In this document: positions 18,822 through 28,820 of the stretch, piece by piece
How the letters are laid out: the number at the start of each line of letters is the position of its first letter
How positions within the stretch are numbered: position 1 is the stretch's first letter
Source: an uncultured delta proteobacterium
GTDB taxonomy: Bacteria > Myxococcota_A > Polyangia > Polyangiales > JAFGIB01
DNA length: 64,000 nucleotides
Assembly (NCBI GenBank): GCA_963778655.1
Contig: CAVZVA010000010.1
Location: 141,134 to 205,133 of the forward strand
Reading direction: 5' to 3'
Position numbers and translations under genes: made by a program
The notes under the pieces: model-generated
The model's database searches: none
The model's input: the letters and a program-made list of their open reading frames with translations, nothing else
What the model was told of the DNA's origin: nothing

Positions 18822-20729
18822 CCGTCGCCTCAGAATCTCCGGCGGCTCGAACACGAATACTCGCTGGCGGCCGACCTCGATGCGGCATGGGCAGTTCAGC
18901 CGCTCACGCTGACCCGTTACCCGGGGAGACCGGCCCTAATTCTGAAGGATCCCGGCGCTGAGCCCCTGGACCTCGTCATGCGAGCGTACGAAGGATCCGC
19001 GATCGATCTGACCCGCTTCCTGCGCATTGCCATTGGTTTGGCAACATCCCTTGGCCATTCCCACCGGCGTGGCCTCATCCACAAGGACGTCAAGCCTGCG
19101 AACGCGCTGGTCGACGAGTCCGGGCACGCGTGGCTCACGGGATTCGGCATCGCGTCCCGGCTTCCCCGCGAGCGCCTGACGCCCGCCCCGCCCGAGGTCA
19201 TTGCCGGCACCCTCGCCTATATGTCTCCCGAACAGACCGGGCGCATGAACGGCTCCATCGATTCCCGGAGCGATCTCTACTCGTTGGGCGTCACGTTGTA
19301 CCAATTGCTGACCGGCGCGCTCCCGTTCGCCGCCGACGATCCTCTGGAGTGGGTCCACTGCCACATCGCGCGTCAGCCGGTGCCGCCCGCGAAGGGCCTC
19401 GCGGTCCCGGAACCGCTGTCTGCCATTGTCATGAAACTTCTCGCCAAGAATGCAGAGGAGCGTTATCAGACGGCGGCAGGCCTCGAAGCCGATCTTCGGC
19501 GATGTCTCGCCGAACAGCAATCCCGTGGTCGCATCGATCCGATGCCTCTGGGCACCGACGACTCCTCGGATCAATTGCTCATGCCGGAGAAACTGTACGG
19601 AAGGGAGCGCGAGGTCGGCACGCTGCTCGCGGCCTTCGATCGGGTGGTGGCGGAGGGCACGGCCGAACTCGTGTTGGTCTCCGGGTATTCCGGTGTCGGC
19701 AAGTCCTCGGTGGTAAATGAGCTGCACAAGGCGTTGGTTCCGCCGCGCGGACTCTTCGCTGCAGGCAAAGTCGACCAGTACAAGCGCGACATACCGTACG
19801 CGACGCTGGCGCAGGCCTTCCAGAAGCTGATGCGCGAGATTCTGGCCAAGAGCGAAGCCGAGGTGGACCGGTGGCGGCACGCCCTTCTGGAGGCGGTGGG
19901 CGCGAACGGCCAACTGATGGTCAACCTGATACCCGAAGTCGAATTCGTGATCGGCAAGCAACCGCCCGTGGCCGATCTGCCCCCGCAAGAAGCGCAGGGA
20001 CGGTTCCAGTTGGTATTCCGGCGATTCCTCGGCGTCTTCGCCCGCCCGGAGCATCCCCTGGCGTTGTTCCTCGACGACCTGCAATGGCTGGACGCGGCAA
20101 CCCTGGAACTGCTGGAGCGCCTGATCACCGATCCGGACGTGCGGCACCTGATGCTCATCGGCGCCTACCGCGACAACGAAGTCAATGCATCTCACCCGCT
20201 CGTGCGGACACTGGCCACAATCCGCGACGCTGGCGCACGGACGCGGGACATCGTACTTGCGCCGCTCTGTCTTGACGACGTCGTCCGACTCACCGCCGAG
20301 TCCCTGCGTTGTGGGCCGAACTCCGCTCGTCCTCTGGCAGAGCTGGTTCACGGGAAGACCGGCGGCAATCCCTTCTTCACCATCCAGTTCATCACCCGAG
20401 GCAGAGGCCACCACCGGCCACGGCAGAGTCGATGTCCAGGTTCGACAGGCGGACATCTCCGCATCCGATCTTCCCAAGTCCGCGCTTCATTATGTGATGC
20501 GAACGAAGGAACGCGTGGTCCTCGATGATGCGTCGGCCCGTAACGCGTATTCGGATGACGAGTACTTTAGGCAGAGGAAAGCCAAATCTGTCCTCTGCCT
20601 GCCAATCGTTAAACAAGCCAAGCTGGTCGGCGTTCTGTATCTGGAAAACAATCTGGCTCCGCGCGTCTTCACGGCCGGCCGGGTGGCCGTCCTGGACATG
20701 CTGGCCTCGCAAGCCGCGATTTCAAGCTC
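18822..20729 (+). pseudogene. Ser/Thr kinase - AAA ATPase - GAF multidomain sensor (PknK-like) remnant
   Basis: Opens after TAG 18819 at kinase subdomain IV/V (no Gly loop). HKDVKPAN, AGTLAYMSPE, Walker A GYSGVGKS, LFLDDLQWLD. Frame breaks near 20397 after GGNPFFTIQFI and resumes in another frame inside a GAF domain (RSVLCLPIV..LVGVLYLENN..LASQAAIS). Confidence 0.7.
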
Positions 20730-21044
20730 ACGATTCGGCATCTCGTTGGTCAGTCCGATGCGTGCATTCGCGTTGCAGAGTCGGATTCGACACTCGTTGG
20801 CTACTGTCTCGGATTCGAGCACCTCGCCTTTTACGCAAACGGACGCGTCGCCTGGCTCGAGGAAGTCATGGTTGCAGAACGCTCGCGTCGTCTCGGAGTC
20901 GGTCGGGCGCTCATGGCTTCCTTCGAAGAATGGGCGAAGGGTCGTGGCGCCGTTCTTGTCGGTCTGGCTACCCGGCGAGCCGCACCCTTCTACGACGCGC
21001 TCGGCTACGAGCAGTCGGCGACCTTCTTCCGTCGCATCCTCTGA
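20730..21044 (+). pseudogene. GNAT N-acetyltransferase C-terminal fragment
   Basis: TIRHLVGQSDACIRVAESDSTLVGYCLGFEHLAFYANGRVAWLEEVMVAERSRRLGVGRALMASFEEWAKGRGAVLVGLATRRAAPFYDALGYE (R/Q-x-x-G-x-G/A motif). Abuts the GAF fragment directly. Confidence 0.6.
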
Positions 21045-22025
21045 CCTGCACAAAAGCGCGCGAGTCATGAGCGTCGGAACGAACGCCCGAGTGCTTGGCA
21101 AGTGGGCCGCCTAACTTGGCATTGCAGCTGACTAGCCCCGCCGGTGCTGCTCTGCAGCGCACAGCGTTCGCGGGCCCGTCGACGCCATTTTGAAACTGCC
21201 GCGATGTCGCCGGGCCCGCGGTCGCGCTACGCTCACAGCTCAGGGGCGGGGCTTGCAGCTGAACGCCAAATTTTGGTGTCAGTCCGCGCAGCGACAGGCA
21301 CGCGGATTTGAGCGCGGTTTGCGGCGGCTCGGCGCGCCTCGTCCGTGGAGTGCGCTCTACCAGCGGGCGCAGGGCGAGGAACGCGCCACGATACCCGCCG
21401 CGGGCCGGGCCCTGCGCGTGCCCCAGGAAGCGCTTGGCCATGTGCGCCATGAAGGCCGTCGCATCAGCATCCGAATCTGCCATCGTTCCACCCTCCAAAG
21501 CCGTTTCAATACTTAATGGCAGAATCGACACACGAGCGTCGCCTCGACGACGGCCGAACACGACCTGCACGCTGTTCATGAATCGGCGCCCTGATCGTAG
21601 AGCCCGCGAATCGCGATGAAAAATTGTCACCGGTGGCGCCCGGTGCGCACACGCACGCATGATCACAAATCGGTCAGGCGCCGATGTGGCACGGCGCCGT
21701 TTCCGGCGATGGCTGCGCGCCAGCCCGCCCGTACGTCGTCACGGGCGTTCGAGCAGCGCCTTGAGCGCCGCCAAGTCCTTCTCGGTCGCGCGGCGCATCG
21801 CGGCCGCCGCCGCGATTGTCCCAAAATGCCCCACCAGTTCGACCCCTCGCCCTCATCCCTACGAACGTCAGGGGCGTCAGGGGATTGCCTTGTGCGCCCT
21901 GTCGCACGCAGTCTGCCGAATGGGGTCGCGCTCCGAGCAAGCCTTCGCTCCGAGCACGCCTTGAAGAACGGAGACGTGACGTGGTAGCAACCGTGCGCGA
22001 AGCGCGGTTGCGTTCGGGGGCTCGG

Positions 22026-22715
22026 ATGCGTCGGGTTGTGTTGGGGCTGGCTTTCTTGATCGCGGGGCAAACCGCCATACGGGGGCTTGCGCAGCCCACC
22101 GCGGCAACACCACCGCCGGGCGTTTCGCAGGCCAACGACGACACGGCCCGGGGCCTCTATCAGGCCGGCAAGGCCGCGTACGAGGCCGGCAACTTCAAGG
22201 AAGCGCTGGGGTTCTTCGAGCAAGCCTACCAGCACAGTCCGCGACCGGGCTTCTTGTTCAACATCGGACAGGTCGCGGACCGGCTGCGCCAGGACGACAA
22301 AGCGATCACGGCCTTCAAGGCGTATCTCGACCAGGTGCCGCGCGCTGACAACCGCGCTGAAGTGCAGCAGCGATTGAGTGCGCTCGAAGAAGCAAAACGC
22401 CAGCGAGAAGCCGCTGCGGCGGCGCCCGCTGCACCCACGACGACCCGGGCCCCCGCGCCGGCCTCCGCTCCAAGTCCGACCACCGTAGCCGCGAGTGCGT
22501 CGTCAGCACCGAACGACGCCGCGTTGACCCATCCTGAGCCCCAAGACGAGACGCCACCGGGCAAGCCGGTGACCAAGCAGTGGTGGTTCTGGACGGGCCT
22601 TGGTGCGGTGGTGGTCGGTGGAGCAGCCGTTGCGCTTGCGGTCGCCCTCGGCGGCGGCAGCGCCGGACAGCCAGCTCCATTCCAAGGGAGCGCCAGGGCC
22701 GTACGGGGGCCGTAG
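22026..22715 (+). CDS. TPR-like secreted/membrane-anchored protein
   Basis: Signal MRRVVLGLAFLIAGQTAIRGLAQ, TPR-like GNFKEALGFFEQAYQ...AITAFKAYL, Ala/Pro linker, C-terminal TM WWFWTGLGAVVVGGAAVALAVAL. Confidence 0.65.
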   Translation: MRRVVLGLAFLIAGQTAIRGLAQPTAATPPPGVSQANDDTARGLYQAGKAAYEAGNFKEALGFFEQAYQHSPRPGFLFNIGQVADRLRQDDKAITAFKAYLDQVPRADNRAEVQQRLSALEEAKRQREAAAAAPAAPTTTRAPAPASAPSPTTVAASASSAPNDAALTHPEPQDETPPGKPVTKQWWFWTGLGAVVVGGAAVALAVALGGGSAGQPAPFQGSARAVRGP

Positions 22716-22729
22716 GCAGGGGGCCGGAG

Positions 22730-24694
22730 ATGAAGCTCGTGCGGTCAGCGATCCTGGTTTCGACGCTCTGCGTGCTCGCCTCGGCCTGTGCAAAGTCCAA
22801 GCAAACGCCGCTCACCCAGATCGTGGTGGCGATCACGAGCGACTTGGCGCCCGTGGCTGAGCTTTCGCGGATCGAGGTGAAGATCAGCAAGCGCGACGGA
22901 AGCGACGTCGTGTCGATGCGAGATTTCACGTTGGTGGTGAAGAACCCCAAGGCCGGCGAGCAGGCGCTGCCGGTGACTTTTGCGGTCACCAAGGGAACGC
23001 AGTCGTCCTTCTTGCTTGTGGTGACCGGCTATGGACCGCTTGGGGCGGGCGGTGCCGAGGAAGCGATCGTCGAGGAGCGTTACATCGCCACGTTTCAAGA
23101 ACACGAGACCCGACTGCTCCAAGTCTTCCTCGGGCGCGTATGTCTGAACCAGCTTTGCGGCGGCACCGGCGTGCAGGTCTGCTATCCGGCGGACAACGGC
23201 ACCGTGAAGGCTGGGGAGTGCGGGCAGATCCTCTCGCTTGGCAGCGGCGACCTGAAGCAGGTGGACCCGAGCAAGCTGCCGAACCTGGCTCAACTGCCTA
23301 TGGGGGTCACGGTGCTCGACGCCGGTGCTGGTGACGCTCAAGGGCAGGGTGGCGACGCGGCGATGGATGCCGGCTCTGCCGACGCAGGCGTGGGTGGGAC
23401 GGGTGGGGTTGGTGGTCTCGGCGGTCAGGGAGGGAGCGACAGCGGTGGCAGCGGCGAGGCGGGATCGGACTGCGACCGCGGAGGCCCTACAGGCTGCACT
23501 GAAATATGCGGCGATGGACGGCTCGTGGGGAACGAGGCCAAGGCGGGCGGCTGCGACGACAAGAACACGATGTCCGGCGACGGTTGCAGCGCGTCGTGCC
23601 GGGTAGAGGCCGGCTACACGTGCACTGGCGAGCCTTCGACGTGCTCGGACATCGACGAGTGTAGCGAAGGGACGAACGACTGCAGCGCAAACGCCAAGTG
23701 CACGAATACGCCCGGGAGCTTCACCTGCGCGTGCAACGCAGGCTACTCCGGGGATGGCGTCAACTGCACTCTGCCATCCTGCACGGGGATGACGGGCACG
23801 GAGTGCCAGGGCGGGGACTGCTGCGCCAGCCTCCCGGTCTCAGGCGGCGCATTCTACCAGCGCTACGATGGCGTGACCTCCGGATACACCAGCGAAGCCA
23901 ACCCAGCCACAATCAGCGACTTTCGCTTGGACAAGTACGACATCACCGTCGGGAGGTTTCGGAACTTCGTGACGGCGTGGGACGGCGGCTGGCGACCGAA
24001 CGACGGCGCCGGCAAGCACGCGTACCTCAACGGGGGCAGCGGGCTCGTCGCGACCGGGGGCGCGTACGAGCCCGGTTGGGACGCCGCGAACTGGACCTCA
24101 TTGCTCGCGACGACACCGAGCGAGTGGGACGCGAATCTCGCCTGCAGCTCCACTTTTGCGACGTGGACGAGCTCCTCGGCGGACCACGAGGAACGAGCGA
24201 TCACTTGCATCACGTGGTACGAGGCCTATGCGTTCTGCATCTGGGACGGCGGCTTCTTGCCCAGCGCCGCTGAGTGGAACTACGCGGCCGCCGGCGGCGA
24301 TGAGCAGCGGGTGTACCCGTGGTCGAGTCCACCGAGCTCGGCGAGCATCGATTGTAGCCATGCGAACTACAAGGGTGCGTCGGGTGGAATGGACTATTGC
24401 ACTTTGCCGGGGGTTGGGGGTGTGACCGACGTCGGAGCAGAATCGCCGAACGGTGACGGTCGCTATGGCCAGGCGGACCTGGTCGGCAACGTGTGGCAAT
24501 GGGATCTGGACTACAGCGGCTCACTGTCCGCGACCTGCAACGACTGTACCGACCTGACCCCTGCCTCGCAGCGCATCTTCGTGGGTGGAAGCTTCGGCTA
24601 CGACGCGTCTGCTCTGGTGTCGTCCTATCGCTGGGCCGCCTCCCCATCGCTTCGTGGCGGCGACGTCGGGGCCCGTTGCGCGAGGGCTCCCTAG
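22730..24694 (+). CDS. lipoprotein with Cys-rich repeat, EGF-like Ca-binding module and C-terminal FGE-sulfatase (SUMF1) domain
   Basis: MKLVRSAILVSTLCVLASAC lipobox. CGDGRLVGNE..DDKNTMSGDGCSASC (DUF4215-type repeat). DIDECSEGTNDCSANAKCTNTPGSFTCACNAGYSGDGVNC (EGF_CA). ITCITWYEAYAFC, AEWNYAAAGG, GNVWQW. Confidence 0.8.
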   Translation: MKLVRSAILVSTLCVLASACAKSKQTPLTQIVVAITSDLAPVAELSRIEVKISKRDGSDVVSMRDFTLVVKNPKAGEQALPVTFAVTKGTQSSFLLVVTGYGPLGAGGAEEAIVEERYIATFQEHETRLLQVFLGRVCLNQLCGGTGVQVCYPADNGTVKAGECGQILSLGSGDLKQVDPSKLPNLAQLPMGVTVLDAGAGDAQGQGGDAAMDAGSADAGVGGTGGVGGLGGQGGSDSGGSGEAGSDCDRGGPTGCTEICGDGRLVGNEAKAGGCDDKNTMSGDGCSASCRVEAGYTCTGEPSTCSDIDECSEGTNDCSANAKCTNTPGSFTCACNAGYSGDGVNCTLPSCTGMTGTECQGGDCCASLPVSGGAFYQRYDGVTSGYTSEANPATISDFRLDKYDITVGRFRNFVTAWDGGWRPNDGAGKHAYLNGGSGLVATGGAYEPGWDAANWTSLLATTPSEWDANLACSSTFATWTSSSADHEERAITCITWYEAYAFCIWDGGFLPSAAEWNYAAAGGDEQRVYPWSSPPSSASIDCSHANYKGASGGMDYCTLPGVGGVTDVGAESPNGDGRYGQADLVGNVWQWDLDYSGSLSATCNDCTDLTPASQRIFVGGSFGYDASALVSSYRWAASPSLRGGDVGARCARAP

Positions 24695-24945
24695 TCCGTC
24701 GCCCCGCCCGCGCAAACGGCCGACACGCCCAGGCACTTCCATCACGAGCGCGTGCCGAACAGGAAGGAAATCTACGGCTGACCCGGACCCCAGCGACGTT
24801 CTAGTTTGCTGTTTAGTGAATAACATGGCATAAATGATCGCGCGTCTCGTTGGTCGTGGCTGCCGGCTTCGGACCGCGAGAGGGCCCAGGCCCTAGCATG
24901 AACGTCACGCTCGAGGACACGCTGGCTGCACTTCGCGCGCTCCGA
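24694..24945. repeat. left arm of ~250-bp inverted repeat (partner 52897-53146)
   Basis: GTCCGTCGCCCCGCCCGCGCAAACGGCCGACA...CATGAACGTCACGCTCGAGGACACGCTGGCTGCACTT matches the reverse complement of 53146-52897, with scattered mismatches and small indels. Confidence 0.8.
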
Positions 24946-24952
24946 GGGCTGG

Positions 24953-25249
24953 GTGTTTCCGAACGGAGCTGGCAAGCCGTGCGCGAACGGCTCGCTGCAT
25001 GCAGCAAACAAGCGGGTGCTGGCTCACGCCAAGATCACCAAGCGCGTCACGATCCATGGCCTGCGGCGCACGGCGACGGACCTGCTCCGGCGCGCCGCGG
25101 TTGACCCGGTCGCGGCCAAGGCGATCATCGGGCACACCACCGACCGCATGCGCGAGCACTACTCGACCGTGGGCGCCGACGAGGCCCGCGGCAGCGGGCA
25201 GCGCACCATCTCGCTCGTGCCTGCGGTGCAGCGCACCCCAAGTGGTTGA
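24953..25249 (+). pseudogene. tyrosine integrase C-terminal fragment (second integrase type)
   Basis: ...KRVTIHGLRRTATDLLRRAAVDPVAAKAIIGHTTDRMREHYSTVG... Fused upstream to the first ~25 codons of an excisionase-like gene (MNVTLEDTLAALRAL). Confidence 0.65.
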
Positions 25250-25333
25250 TCGAGTGGTTGATCGACCCTCTGGGGCCCGGCTCGCCAGCTCGACCACTCC
25301 GCTAAGTGCTGGCAGCGCTTGACCAAATCGTAG

Positions 25334-25357
25334 AGCGGGAGAAGGGATTCGAACCCG
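25334..25357 (-). repeat. tRNA-Gly 3'-end fragment (att-like, 24 nt)
   Basis: GAGCGGGAGAAGGGATTCGAACCC is identical to the acceptor/T-arm part of the tRNA at 51231-51304. Confidence 0.6.
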
Positions 25358-25819
25358 TTCGCAAGCGTTCTTCTAACCTGGCGACATCGCACGTCTTTCT
25401 GGCCTACAGGTTCGTAATCGCTCCGTCTTTCACCCTCCCACGAATCCACTGCAGTCCACCCGTGTCGACAGCAATCGACCCTGGTTTTGGAGACGTTTTG
25501 GAGACGGTGGCACCCCCGATTGTGCATCTCGGGGATCGTGCTCGGCCGAAGCTCACTTCGAGGGTGAAGGCTTCGCTGCCGCCGCGTACTGCGCGGAGGT
25601 TCCAGTCCAGCCCCACGTTGGTGTGGCTGCACCAGCAAGCTGTGGAACCCCGCGCGCCCACTCCTCATGAAGCAGCGACTTGTCGACCTGTTGGTAGAAC
25701 GCGGAGTCAACGAGGCCACGGAGCGCTCGGGCTATGCCCGCGACGTCCCACCGCTTCTCTTGTGGCAAACTGTGCGACGTACAGGGATCGTGGAGACGTC
25801 TTCTCATCCGAAGCGCCGG

Positions 25820-26113
25820 TCATGCGCAGCAGACAATGGGCCGGCAGCTCTCCCGCGGCGCGTGCGCCTGCGTTCTCCTCGTTCTTTTGGCACCGAAGGC
25901 GCCGAGGTGGCCGAGGCACGCGGCCGAATCGGCGTAGCGCTCCAGCACGTGCATGGTCTTGCCGTCCTGCGAGATGCTGAAGCGGTAGTCGAGCGCGCCC
26001 GGCTCGGCCCGTGTGGACTCCACCATCGCGTTCATCAGCTGCTCGAGGGCCACGCGTTGCCCGTCATTGATTCGCACTTCCAGCACCCAGCAGACGTTCT
26101 GCTTGTCGGTCAT
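25820..26113 (-). CDS. antibiotic biosynthesis monooxygenase (ABM) domain protein
   Basis: MTDKQNVCWVLEVRINDGQRVALEQLMNAMVESTRAEPGALDYRFSISQDGKTMHVLERYADSAA. The C-terminal 25 aa look atypical (possible frameshift). Confidence 0.55.
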   Translation of the reverse strand: MTDKQNVCWVLEVRINDGQRVALEQLMNAMVESTRAEPGALDYRFSISQDGKTMHVLERYADSAACLGHLGAFGAKRTRRTQAHAPRESCRPIVCCA

Positions 26114-26323
26114 GGTGATTGATTTGCTCCTGGTGGCTTGCCGCGCCCGCGTCCCTCGCGGGTCGGTCGTGATGCTTTCAGCTAGCCAGCAGGCGCTTCC
26201 GAGCACATGGGTAGAACCACCCAGAAGCCGCCAAATGGGCGGGCCGATTGCTCCGGGCCAGGGGCCGGAATGGCCCGAGCCGGGCGCGGTTTCGCCACGC
26301 GCCGGACCGTGTTATCCAGGTCC

Positions 26324-27511
26324 ATGCGCTGCGCGTCGTTGCTCGCGCTCTCGCTCTTCGTCGCGGGCGTCGCCGCTGCGTGCAGCGGCGGCAGAGCGAG
26401 CGAAGGCGGCGGCGCATCGGGCGCGGGCGGGCAAGGCGGCGGCGCTCCGGGCGCAAGCGGGGGCGCGAGTGCCGTGGGCGGTCAGGGCGGCACCGGCGCG
26501 ACCGGTGGGACGGGAGGCGGCGGCGCGGCGGGCAGCGCCGGCAACACGGGCGGCAGCGCGGGACCGGACGCCGCGACCGACGCCGGCCCCGCGGACGGCG
26601 GCGTGACGAACGGCGACGCCGGCGGCGGCGCGTTGCCCGAAGGCAATACCGGCATCGCTGCCAACCATCCGGGCGACCTGGGCATCGCGAGCGATCCCGA
26701 TGTGATCTTCGCCGACGATTTCGAAAGCTACGCGCCGACCGCGATGGGGCAGGACTTCACGACGCGCTGGGACTCGGTCTACCAGAACCAGTACGTGAGC
26801 ATCGCGACCGACGCGGCCAACGTGCACGCCGGCAAGCAGGCGCTCGAGCTCACGCTGCCGCAGCAGACCGCCGAGCTCAGCGACGGCACCGACAAGGTCC
26901 TGACGCAGGAACGCGACACGCTGTACCTGCGCTACTACGGCAAGTTCCAACCGCCGTTCGACGTGGTGGGCTCGAGTCACAACGGGTCGAGCATCTCCGC
27001 CCACTACTTCGACGGCAACATGGCCACGCCCGGCGTGCCGGCAGACGGCACCAACAAGTTCCTCGTCAATCTCGAGAGCTGGCGCGGCGACGCCTCGACC
27101 ATGTCGCCCGGCCTGCTCAACGTCTACGTCTATCACCCCGAGCAGCGCACGCAGTACGGCGACCACTTCTACCCGACCGGGCTCGTCGATCCGAACACCA
27201 GCATCCCGTTCGACTTCGGCCCGGATTTCGTGCCCCGCCCCGACGTGATTCCGGAGCTCGGGCGCTGGTATTGCTACGAGTACATGGTGCACGCCAACAC
27301 CCCGGGCCAACGCGACGGGCGCATCGCGATCTGGCTCGACGGCAAGCTGGTGGCCGATTTCGGCAACCTGCGCTTCCGCGACATCGCCAGCTTGAAGATC
27401 GACCGCTTCGGCCTGTCGTTCCACATCAAGAGCAACCCGAACGGCGAGGCCAAGAAGTGGTACGACGACGTGGTCGCCGCCACCCGCTACATCGGCCCGA
27501 TGGTGCAGTGA
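26324..27511 (+). CDS. lipoprotein with Gly-rich linker and C-terminal concanavalin-like / polysaccharide-lyase-like domain (tentative)
   Basis: MRCASLLALSLFVAGVAAAC lipobox. The C-terminal 290 aa have high GC3 and are non-repetitive (…WYCYEYMVHANTPGQRDGRIAIWLDGKLVADF…). Domain name not verified. Confidence 0.6.
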   Translation: MRCASLLALSLFVAGVAAACSGGRASEGGGASGAGGQGGGAPGASGGASAVGGQGGTGATGGTGGGGAAGSAGNTGGSAGPDAATDAGPADGGVTNGDAGGGALPEGNTGIAANHPGDLGIASDPDVIFADDFESYAPTAMGQDFTTRWDSVYQNQYVSIATDAANVHAGKQALELTLPQQTAELSDGTDKVLTQERDTLYLRYYGKFQPPFDVVGSSHNGSSISAHYFDGNMATPGVPADGTNKFLVNLESWRGDASTMSPGLLNVYVYHPEQRTQYGDHFYPTGLVDPNTSIPFDFGPDFVPRPDVIPELGRWYCYEYMVHANTPGQRDGRIAIWLDGKLVADFGNLRFRDIASLKIDRFGLSFHIKSNPNGEAKKWYDDVVAATRYIGPMVQ

Positions 27512-27602
27512 AGCCCGAAGCGCCGCCCGCGACCCGTGGCCCGGCGCAGCCCGGTGTCTACGTGAGTGGGCAGCCGCACGCCGGCCCACCGGAGGTGACG
27601 CG

Positions 27603-28802
27603 ATGGCAGCCCCCAGACAGCTCCTGATCGAAGGCGCGGTGGCCAAGGCCTTCGAGCCCGTGCGCGAGGCGTTCATCGAGAATTTCGCGCGCCGCCGCGA
27701 GCTGGGCGGCGCGTGCTGCATCTACCAGCACGGCGAAAAGGTGGTGGACCTGTGGGGCGGCCTGCGCGATCGGGTAAGCGGCGAGCCGTGGCGGGCCGAC
27801 ACCATGGTCGTCGTCCACTCGACCACCAAGGGCTTGTCGGCGCTGGCCATGGCGCTCGCCTGTTCGCGCGGCCTGCTCGACTACGACGAGCGCGTCTGCG
27901 CGTACTGGCCGGAGTTCGCGCAGGCCGGCAAGGAGCGCATCACCGTGCGTCAGCTGCTCGCCCACCAGGCGGGGCTATTCGGGTTCGACGACCCGGTCGA
28001 CCGCGAGGTGGTGGCCGACCTCGGTCGTCTGGCCGCGGTCATGGCGCGCCAGCGCCCCGCGTGGGAGCCGGGCGAGCGGCAGGCGTACCACGCGATCACG
28101 CTCGGCTTCTACGAGAGCGAGCTGATCCGCCGGGTCGATCCGGCGCACCGCAGCCTGGGTCGCTTCTTCGCCGACGAGCTCGCAGCGCCGCTCGGCCTCG
28201 AGTTCTACATCGGCCTGCCCGACGCGATCCCCGAAAGCCGCGTGGCGCCGCTCGAGCCGCCGCGCCTGCGCGAGCGCCTGGTCGGGATGCCGCTGCCGGT
28301 CGTGCTGGCGTCGATGAGCAAGCACTCGGTGCTCTACCGTTCGCTGATCGCCAACCCCGGCACGGGGTTCTACGTCGATGCCCAGCGCCGCGTGGTGCGA
28401 AACCTGGAGGTCCCCTCAGGAGGCGGCGTCGGCACTGCGCGCGCGATCGCCAAGGCCTACGGCGTGTTCGCGGCCGGCGGACGCGAGCTCGGGCTGCGCC
28501 CGGAAACCCTCGAAGCGCTGAAGGCGCCGGCGGTTCCGCCGCGCCGCGGCTTCTTCGACGAGTGTCTGCGCGGAGCCGCGCGCTTCTCGCTGGGCTTCAT
28601 GAAGCCCAGCGAAGGGTTCCCCTTCGGTCATCCGGGCGCATACGGCGCGCCCGGCGCCGGCGGCTCGATGGGCTACGCCGACCCGGAGCTGGGCATCGGC
28701 TACGGCTATGTGACGAACACGATGGGCATGAGCCTGTCGGGCGATCCGCGCGACGTGGCGCTGCGCGCCGCGATCCCGGAAAGCGCCCGGCGCGCCGCGT
28801 AG
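27603..28802 (+). CDS. serine hydrolase, beta-lactamase/esterase (class C-like) family
   Basis: S-x-x-K motif VVHSTTKGLSALAMA. 399 aa. YHAITLG and PGAGGSMGYADPE C-terminal box. Confidence 0.85.
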   Translation: MAAPRQLLIEGAVAKAFEPVREAFIENFARRRELGGACCIYQHGEKVVDLWGGLRDRVSGEPWRADTMVVVHSTTKGLSALAMALACSRGLLDYDERVCAYWPEFAQAGKERITVRQLLAHQAGLFGFDDPVDREVVADLGRLAAVMARQRPAWEPGERQAYHAITLGFYESELIRRVDPAHRSLGRFFADELAAPLGLEFYIGLPDAIPESRVAPLEPPRLRERLVGMPLPVVLASMSKHSVLYRSLIANPGTGFYVDAQRRVVRNLEVPSGGGVGTARAIAKAYGVFAAGGRELGLRPETLEALKAPAVPPRRGFFDECLRGAARFSLGFMKPSEGFPFGHPGAYGAPGAGGSMGYADPELGIGYGYVTNTMGMSLSGDPRDVALRAAIPESARRAA

Positions 28803-28820
28803 CGGGCGCGGGCCGCCTCG

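Noticed and set aside
21045-22025. Several 100-230-aa ORFs on both strands fall between the GNAT fragment and the TPR gene (for example 20968-21666 and 21190-21516).
   Set aside because: No motifs were recognised. GC3 bias decays along the best candidate (MADSDADATAFMAHMAKRFLG...), and the frames overlap each other. The region is left unannotated.
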